A program made the position numbers and the translations under genes. Positions 54,901 to 64,000 of a DNA stretch of 64,000 nt are shown one piece after another. Positions within the stretch are counted from its first letter, which is position 1. Every line of letters starts with the position of its first letter. The notes beneath the pieces were generated by a model. The model was not told the origin of the DNA. It did no database searches and worked only from the letters and a program-made list of their open reading frames with translations. Origin of the DNA: Cycas panzhihuaensis (taxonomy: Eukaryota; Plantae; Cycadophyta); the NCBI GenBank assembly GCA_023213395.1, contig CM041465.1, positions 208,141,741-208,205,740 of the forward strand, written 5' to 3'.

Positions 54901-57114
54901 CCAACGCTTTTGATTTGTGTTCGATGAAATAAACTCAAACTTTATGTGAAAAGTCATCAATGAAAGTGATATAATATAATGTGCCTCTGAGATCCAACAG
55001 TTGGCCAAGATCGAGTTTAGAACAAGCAAGGTAGGGTTGATCTGCACAGATATATTGTGCTTTCCCTACAGATCACAACTTTAATAACACCCTTTTCGAA
55101 CCTCCTTTCCTTCAAAAAAATCTCAATTGTTATGCACTAACCGTATGATTGGTTGGTCCTTTAGGGAATGCAACAATCTTGAGATGTTAGAGGCAAGCCT
55201 TTAACCTTTTTTGGCCCTCTCCAACAAAGATTTTTAAGCAATTTTTAAGTGTTTTAATAGATTAAAATAAATTACTTATGAAATGATGATGATGTTGCCT
55301 TGAAAACTAATACAAAATGCTTCCAAATGAAATTGCTTGAATGCTTAAAAGAACACTAAGTATAACAAAGAGAACACTAAAAACTTGAAAAAAGTACAAG
55401 TGCCAAATGAGAACTTGTTGCTTGCACGCAGTGCTTGGAGTGGGTTCCTTCTTTAAGTGCAAAAACAATCATTTCAAGCACAATTTAATCACTTGCACTA
55501 ATCCACACGCCCCCAAGAAGATGTTAGGACTTTAAAATAGTCTTAACACACACCAAAAAAGTGATCTTTTGTATGAAAATATAAGTATTTTTAGTTTGTT
55601 TGATGAATTGGACTAATAAGCCACCTCACAGGGAGCCTTAAAAATTGCTTGTACACTGTGAATTTTTCACCAAAAAAGTGCAAATATTTGTCAAATCATT
55701 GATTTTGAGTAAATAAACACACTTGCAAATTTTTGTGTTTATAAAACTCAAAAATATTTATTAAAAAAAAAAGTGAGTTTGGCTTTAAAGGAGGTGAAAT
55801 AACATTAAAGGGCTTTTAAAAAGCAAACTTTAGGAAATAAAGGGTTTATCAAATATAGTATATTGTTAGGATATACCTAAATTCATAACCTAAAATTCAT
55901 TTTACAATGTTAAAAAAAACGAAATTTACTTTGTGAAATCATAAAATGGCGACGTGACAAAAATACAAACACACTGATCATGATTTTTTTACAACAGTAG
56001 ATCGAATCAGTTTGAGAGTTCAAACATAGCTTTGACTGGGGCCAACAATGATTCTTCTAAATTTTCGCAAGTTTTGGTGCAATGTGGAGAGAGTTCGAGT
56101 CATTTGAAAAAAATGGAGGGCCGCACGACAACAGTGAGCCAAAACGGATAGCTAATGCTTTCTGACACTGCAGAATACTTCAACCAAGGCAAAGGCACCT
56201 CCTGGAGGCTCCAATGATGATTAGACACCAACCAACTAGCAAGAACAATAAAAAAAATGAAGTTTTTCTTTAAAAAAATCACCTAAACAGTGAGAAATGC
56301 AGCTTAACTTCAATGAAATTTGCCTAAATGCAAACATAGACTGAAATGAGCAAGTTCTGATAAGTTTGAGACCAACAACAGAGAGAAATCTGCATATTTG
56401 TTGAAGAAACCCTACAATTTTTTCTTTTTTTTGTAGAAAAATAAAGAAAAACTATGTTTTCTTTGTATTTTTCCTACTGCAATTACAAGCTTAGCCTAAA
56501 AAAAATCTTTGAAATCAAATTTGTTAATTTTCACCCTGCAAAATACTTTGAAATGAAAAAAAAAGTGTTGAGAAGAAGCCAAACTTGGCCTTGGATTGCC
56601 TTCGAAGAGCAAAGGTTGTTACCAAGGATTTGGTGCACTTCCTCCAAGCCTGAAAACAACAAATACTCCTCTCCAAGTAGCTTTGATACTAAATGTTAAA
56701 GGTGCTATGGGCTCTAATACCACAATGATAACCTAGGATCACTGAAGAGCAAGCATGTTAAGAGATTCAAATGATTAACATCAAATTAATAGCACTAAAT
56801 AGACAAACAAATAACCAAGCATAAACTCAACCATATGAAGACACTAGCAATAGAGGAGTAAGAATTGTTCCTATCTCCAAATAACAAGATTGGCTTGTAT
56901 TCAAATGAGCAGCATAACAATACAATACTTCTCTCTCTTATGCTCTACATGACAAATGGTCTTAATATACAGAGGGTTGTTAAACAACATTAAATCACTA
57001 GAAAGAATGTGAATTTATACTTTATCGCATTGAGTGGTAAAGCACCCTTAGATAAAATATATAACATTACAATATAGCGTACCTGACTTAACAGTTAAAT
57101 ATAAAGGTCTAACA
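51951..57114 (-). mobile_element. Ty1/Copia element with an internal deletion of gag-protease; integrase-RT-RNase H remnants at ~52480-54990
   Basis: LTRs 51951-52462 and 56694-57114. PBS-like sequence 56680-56691. PPT 52463-52470. Degenerate TSD GACTG/AACTA. The leader joins directly to the integrase YITFIDDFS motif at ~54990. Confidence 0.88.
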
Positions 57115-60100
57115 AACTACGGAAGGGAATGGAGCCACAACCACAAATGCCCATCAAAAAGAGGAAGCCAAAATTGAGGAACTACTAAATGAAACCGAAA
57201 GGGAACATGTACAAATATCCCTCCAAGTCATCATAGGAGATGTCAACACACCCCAAACCCTATGCTTTGAAGGAGTAATCGAAAACACTAAGATATCAAT
57301 TTTGGTCGATAGCAACAGTACACATAACTTCATCAACAGTCCTGCAACAGCCAAACACGACCTTCCTATACGACCACTCAACGTATTTCAAATTGTAATA
57401 GCCAACAGGAATAATATACCATGTAAGGGGTACTGTGAAAGTGTACACTTATGGATATCATACTACTCCCTCGGCACTTGCATGTTCGCCATTCCCATAG
57501 GAGGAGTAGATATGATCCTGGGCATCTAATGGTTACAAAACCTCGGTAATGTTGTTACTAACTATAGGACCTGTTTCACGAGTTTTATTCAATAAGGACA
57601 CAAGTATAAGTTATAAGCACCCCCTTCACCACCAACTCAGCTAGTAGCATCACACCAAATGGAGAAACTACTTAAAAAGAACCTCGTATCATACTTGATG
57701 AACTATTATAAGGTCACCAATGAAGATGTCCCTCTTGAGGTACAAACCCTCATCAATTGACACAATGAGGTTCTTGAAGAGCCCCAAGGGTTAGCCCTAG
57801 CCAAGGTTACAAACATGCCATCAAACTAGCATCGAGATCAACACCAGTGGATATCCGACCATACCAACAAACAACCCAAGAACTATTGTAACAAGGGTAT
57901 ATTACACCTAGCTAGAGCCCTTTTACATCACTAGTAGTGCTAAGCAGGAGGAAAGATGGGTCATACCATGTGCATTGACTTCCAAGCACTCAACACCCTC
58001 ACAATAAAAAATAGGTATCCTATCCCTAGAATAGACGATATCCTCGACAAATTACATGGAGTAAGATTCTTCTCAAAGACCGACCTACGCTCAGGATACC
58101 ACCAAGATTCTTCTCAAAGACCAATCTACGCTTAGAACACCACCAAATCCATATCAAAGCAAAAGATGTTTACTAAACAACATTTCAATCCCACGACAGT
58201 TTATTTGAGTTTCGAGAGATGCCCTTTGGCTTAACCAATGCCCCGACAACCTTCCAGAGCACCATGAACCAAATACTAAAACCCTTCCTATGCAAATTTG
58301 CTCTAGTCTTCTTTGATGACATTATCATTTATAGCAAGACCTGCAAAGAACACTTAATAACACCCAGAAGCAATACTACAAGTACTAGACAACAACCAAT
58401 TCTTTACAAACAAACCCAAATGCACATTTGGGCAAACTAAACTAAAATACCTCATACACATAATCACCCAGGAAGGTGTCAAAATGGATCCAAAAAAAAG
58501 TCCAAGCCATCACAGATTGGCCCCGACCCAAAAACATAACTAGAGTTAGGAGACTCTTAGGTCCAATTGGATTCCTACATTGTTTTATCAAGGGATACAC
58601 CCATATCGTAGCACTCCTAACCAATCTCACAAAAAAGATGCTTTCACTTGGGAAGATTCAGCAAAAAAGGCCTTCCAAGCACTCAAAAATGCAATGATAA
58701 CTACACCTATCCTCACAACACTAGACTTCAATAACCCATTCACCTTGGTACGATGCTTTAAGGGTAGGGGTAGGAGCAATACTACTCCAAGACAACTGAC
58801 TCATAGCATACAAGAGTTGCAAACTAAATTCAAGGGAAAAGTTGAAACCCATATATGACAAAGAAATGCTAGCAATTATGCAAGCCATACACCAATGGCG
58901 ATAATACCTACTCGACAACAAGTTCATAGTTAAAATTGACCACAATAGGCTCAAATGTTTTCTAGTCTAGAAAAACCTATTGGATGAACAACAAGAATGT
59001 GTAAGCAAACTTCAATCATTCAATTTCAACATCAATTACCAAAAAGGGAAACAAAATTTCTTGGTCGACGCACTATCGAGGATCCTCGAAGACCCATTTC
59101 TATAGGCCATCTCCATCACCACTTCCAACTAGATCTAGGAGTTAGTTCAGGAATACAAGATCAACCCCACAACCTAGAAGATACTACAAAAACCCACCAA
59201 TAGACACAACAAATATACCTTACACGATGACGTAATCCTACACAAAGGAAAACTCATACTACCACCCACATTAACATTCAAAAACAAAAATACTTCACAA
59301 GACACACTCCACACCAATGGTGTGGGAATGTAGGAGTCTATAAGACCTACTGCCAAATCCACAATATACATTTCTAGAAGGGAATGAAGGCAAACATCCA
59401 CAAGTTTGTTTCGAAATACAACATATGCCAAAGAAACAAGAGCAAAAACACTAAAACACCATGCATACTACAGCCCTTACCCATACCTGAACAAAAATGG
59501 GAGGAAATACCAATGGATTTCATAATCGAGCTCCCCCCGTCAAAAGGAAAAGATACAATCTTCGTAGTAGTTGATCGACCAACCAAGTATGCACACTCTA
59601 TAGGCACTCAAACAACATCCAATGCCAGCCAAATTGCCGAAATTTTCATCAAAGAGATCCATAGACTCTATGGATTTCCAAAGGTCATTGTTAGCAACCA
59701 TGACCCTAAATTTACAAGCAATTTTTGGCAAGAACTATTTAGACAAGTAGGCACTAAACTATCAATGAGCTCAACCTACCACCCCCAGATAGATGGCCAA
59801 ACAAAAACACAAACAATGACATTGGCATAAGTGGGAACACTTAGCCAAGTGGTGGTACAACACCACTTACCATCCATCTACTAAGATGACACCCTTCCAC
59901 GCATTATATGGGTTTGAACCCCTAGCACTCCTTAACTGGGCCAGAAAATCACCAATTCAATCAGTCTAGGAACGAGAAGACCAAATGGAAACAACATTAA
60001 GGATACTCAAAGACAACCTAAACACAGCTTGAAATCGCATGAAACAAGCAGCTGACCTACATAGAACCGAAAGATCCTTTGAACCCGATGATTGGGTTTT

Positions 60101-61166
60101 CATACAATTACAACCATACAGACAAACCACCTTCAAGAAATTTGGCAAATTGAAATTATCACCCCTATTCTTTGGACTATAGCAAGTTCAACAAAGAATA
60201 GGATAGGTTTCCTATCGATTAAACCTACCACCTTCTACAAACATCCACAATGTATTTCACGTGTCTTGCCTCAAACGCAAGCTCAGCCAGAATATCATTC
60301 CCCATGTCGAATTACCAAAACTTGATAACAAAGGGAAAATAACTCCAGAACCAAAAGGCCTCCTTCAGACACAAACAAAGAAACTAAGAACACAGGAAAT
60401 TACCAAGTACTTAATAAAATGGAAAGGCCTTGATCATGATGAATCTATATGGGAAAACCAGGAATGGTATAAAAAACACACAAACTTACCCATACTTTGA
60501 GGGAAAAGTATGCTTTCAAGGGGAGGGACTTGTAACAAACTATTTGGTGGTTGATCCTCTTCCTAGCCAACCTACCCTACAAATTAAATGGATGACCTAT
60601 CCTCCTCTTGGCTGACCCACCTACCCTGCTAATTAAATGGATGACCTATCTTCATTCTGGCTGATCCACCTCTAAAATACACCTCTATTTATAGGCCTCA
60701 CCCTACCTAGAGTAACTCTTATGCAAGTCTGTGCCTGGATCCACTTTGGATGAGTGCAGGACACCTTGCCTCGAAGAGGAAAGAAAACGCAACAATGGAT
60801 TCTCAAATCTAGCATCCACGTGGATGCCTGGGCTCTCAGAGTATAAACTAACCAAGCACAACTCTCGTTACTCCTGCAACTTCCATGTTTGTCATTTATT
60901 TCTTTTATTTATTATGATTTTTTTGATTTAGCTAAGTAATCAAGGTTTCAAAGTCCTCAAGTAAATCCTAACATAAGAAAATCTTCAAGAACAACACAAA
61001 GGGATAAAAAAATAGAAGGGGCTAAAGAAAGAGCCATGGGCATCTGTCACACCTGTAAGAAACCATGGGTCAGGGAATACAAATGCATAGAAAGAAAATT
61101 ATCTAATGCAAAGGACGACATTGAAGATGATGAGGAGGGAGAACACCAATCCATACTGAGGAATTA

Positions 61167-63328
61167 TGTTGGAAATATGACTGAATTAGAGCAATGAATA
61201 GCAAGTAAACAAGAGCAATGATATAAACACAATTGCACAAGTGATTTGCAAGAAATAATTGTGTATTAGATCACAAATGGACACAATAACTCACACTCTA
61301 CTCTCCTTGCATCAATGCATCAATTTAACTCTACACATTGAATCCACTTATGAGAGTAAGACCACTCCTTATATTAATGAGAGTGCAAGTAAAGAATAAA
61401 GCAAAAAAACAAAGAAATAACAAGGTACAACTCATGCATGCTCTTGCATGTGAGAAGACAAATATAGAAATACACCTCTTGAGCGAACCTAACTAATGTG
61501 ACTCATCAATTAACAAGAGAAAAGAATGAGTAAGACATTTTTAACACCCCCTCATAAGGCGTAATTCATTATCTCTCACAAATAAGAGCTTTTTGAACTT
61601 TTTACAACTCAATGCCTTCGTGAGAATGTTAGCAAGTAGAACCTTAGTCGAACAATAGACCAACTCAATTGTCCTAAATTACACCTACTCCTGAATAGAG
61701 TGATCTAAACCAAATTGATTGACAAGTAATTGTCTCATTCTTGGTTTCATACTTTTCTTGAAGAGTCTACCATGCATCTTTTGACGAAGTCCACCCTTAA
61801 AGATGAGTGACGAGATCCTTAGCAACAAAAAGCCCAATGATTACTAAGGCCTCTCTACCACAATCTTCCCAATCTTCAAAATCCTTAGTTATCACAGTTG
61901 AGGTAGATGATGTAAATCCGGTTGTGACTTGAGAGGAGGCAACAACCATCTTCGATTCCTTCCTTTCAACAAGTTTCATTAATTTCCTAAGGGCCAACAT
62001 ATTAAAAATTTTTAATTTCCAAATTACATAATTCTTACCATTAGGTTTGTTTGCATCTCGTAAAACATAACCAACAATGTTAACACTAGACATGGTGAGA
62101 AAATATGCACGTGACCAAAACCACAAATGTGAGTTTATAAAGGAACTTAGTGGCCACAAGGTCTTATTATAATTTTAGACCAGAAAAATGAAACTATAGC
62201 AAAAAGTATGATGCTAGAAACTGAAATTATAGAAACTGGACAATAAATGAGTGAGTTATAAGGTTTAGCCCCTTTCTGGAGTCTAAAGCCCTCATTGCAT
62301 GTGACTAGCAGTAAATAGTTTAAGTTGCAAACTTGAACAAAGATAACAACATGGTTTTATTTCACTTAAACTATAGAAGAGTAAAAAATTAAACAAATTT
62401 CATAACCTACATCAAAATTTTTTCGACAATTCACGTCGTCGCCGCCCAAACATCAGTCGCACGATTTCGTGGAGAAGAATTAATCAATTCTAGAGCAATT
62501 TGAAGCATTTTTTTACTTTTGATAGCAAAAACAGATCATTTGCAAATTGATCGATACAACTATAGTTGAAATTAGAAGAAAAACAAGCCAAATTTGTGAT
62601 TTAAGAACAAGAAAGGGGTTTAGAGGGCTGCCCAACTTTTCTGACGTTATTAGGCAAATTCACACCAAAAGATCTTGTTCTAGAAGTAGAGAACAATGCC
62701 AAAATGATTGTAGGCTTGTTAAAAATAAACCCATGAGAAAAAGAACTATAGAAATCAGAGATTTGAAGTGCCCATTGATGCCGAAAATGCCCCTACAACA
62801 AAAATGATGCCCTTTCCACTGACAAAACCCTTATGGGTTCAATGAAATGATGCAAAAATTAGTAAATATGAGTTAACAAACTAAAATGTATGATAGGATT
62901 CAAAAATTTCCCATTCAAAGAACCATGCCCTGTGATACCATGCTGAGAATATAAGTGAATTAGAGAAACAACTAGCAAGTAAATAAGAGCAATGATATAA
63001 ACACAATTGCACAAGTGATCTGCAAGAAATAATCTTGCATTAGATCATAAATGAATACAATGGCTCACATTCTACTCTCTTTACATCAATGCATCAATTC
63101 AACTCTACACACAAAATCCATTGATGAGAGTAAGACTAGTCCTCATATTAATAAGAGTGTGATCAAATAATAAAGCAAAAAAGCATGGAAACAATAAGGT
63201 ACAACTCTTGCATGCTCTTGCATGTGAGAAGATAAATATAGAAATACACCTCCCAAGGGACTTGCCTAATGCAACTCATCAATTAACATAAGGAAAGAAT
63301 GAGTAAGAATTAGACATTATTTTTAACA
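61167..63328 (-). mobile_element. Internally deleted Copia derivative (2.2 kb; gag start plus RNase H tail)
   Basis: LTRs 61167-61546 and 62941-63328. TSD AATTA/AATTG. PBS-like sequence 62930-62940. PPT after 61546. gag NGKNYVIWKLKI at 61797-62093. RNase H end LANILTKAL at ~61610-61640. Confidence 0.85.
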
Positions 63329-64000
63329 AATTGGATGAAGACCAACCAACAATTTCCCTATTTGCCATATTAGGGATGTCATGACCCAACACTATCAAAC
63401 TTTTTGGGTATCTTAGAAAGAAGAAGATCCTAATCCTCATTGATCCTGGCAACACTCATAATTTCATCGACACACAAGTAACTAAAAGATTACACGAGTG
63501 GCTAGAAGATTAGGTCTAAATGTGGAGAAGAAAGAACTCAATATCATACTTGCAAAAGAACAAGTTTTAACATGCTACGACGAGATCAAACACCAATGAT
63601 TGCATATTGGCAATTATGAATTCACGACAAATTACTACACCTTCCTTATTAGAGGCTTTGACATAGTCTTGGGTGTCGAATGGCCGAGGACACTAGGGAC
63701 CTACAGCCTAAACCATGACCAGAATTTTATTAGATTCAAAAGTGATGGATAGAAGTATCAATTAACAGGAATCAATGCCCCAAAATCAAAAGTCATATCT
63801 GTAGGAAAAATGGGAGAAATGATTCTCAAGGGACATGTCGATTTCATTACAGCACAGTTCTCCATTTAAGGAGAAGCTCCAAAGGAAGAGTTACCTATGA
63901 ATCAAAAGCTAGAGATTGATCATCTCCTTGACCAAGGCATTTCAAAAATTACCCAAGACCCCACCACCTAGCAGAAACATGAAACATATTATCGAGCTAC

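Larger units (their letters stand above)
45162..60914 (+). mobile_element. Decayed Ty3/Gypsy chromovirus carrying two nested insertions
   Basis: LTRs 45162-45522 and 60531-60914. Degenerate PBS at ~45524. PPT GGGGAGGGACT before 60531. LVDSNSTHNF (PR), [13 protein letters not shown]...VFFDDII (RT), WEEIPMDFI (INT), KYLIKWKGLDHDESIWE (chromodomain). Confidence 0.88.
44270..64000 (+). mobile_element. Old Ty3/Gypsy element, same family as 20757-39626 (gag-protease pieces split by later insertions); 5' end not resolved, continues past the window
   Basis: 44500-45160, 60930-61166 and 63329-64000 match 21950-23400 in order, e.g. CHTCKKPW and NTIKLFGYLRKKKILILIDPGNTHNF. Confidence 0.75.

Noticed and set aside
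58063-58145. 41-bp tandem duplication in Gypsy RT
   Set aside because: Ordinary frameshifting decay lesion.
1-64000. CRISPR arrays, tRNA/rRNA genes, prokaryotic operons
   Set aside because: None seen. TGGTATCAGAGC motifs are primer-binding sites, not tRNA genes, and the mosaic leaders have no recurring spacer-separating repeat.

Overview
AT-rich plant nuclear DNA. The gene structure and TE content suggest a large, gymnosperm-like genome (inference). The only host gene content is two spliced minus-strand exons (42073-41797 and 41540-41355) of an At2g03140-like alpha/beta-hydrolase-fold gene, whose flanking introns appear to exceed 41 kb and 21 kb. Almost everything else is nested LTR retrotransposons: decayed Ty1/Copia and Ty3/Gypsy (chromovirus and Athila/Tat-like) elements, many delimited by paired LTRs, a tRNA-iMet PBS, a PPT and 5-bp TSDs. 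The youngest insertions are four RT-less, non-autonomous Copia-derived elements (23562-26685, 28457-33382, 34391-39533, 46492-51327). Three of them carry 2.3-2.7 kb leaders that look like patchworks of short host coding snippets (receptor-kinase, LRR and PPR motifs), and one holds a clear ~190-nt antisense cyclin B fragment. These are candidate mobile sources of trans-acting small RNAs. All identifications were made by eye; no searches were run.
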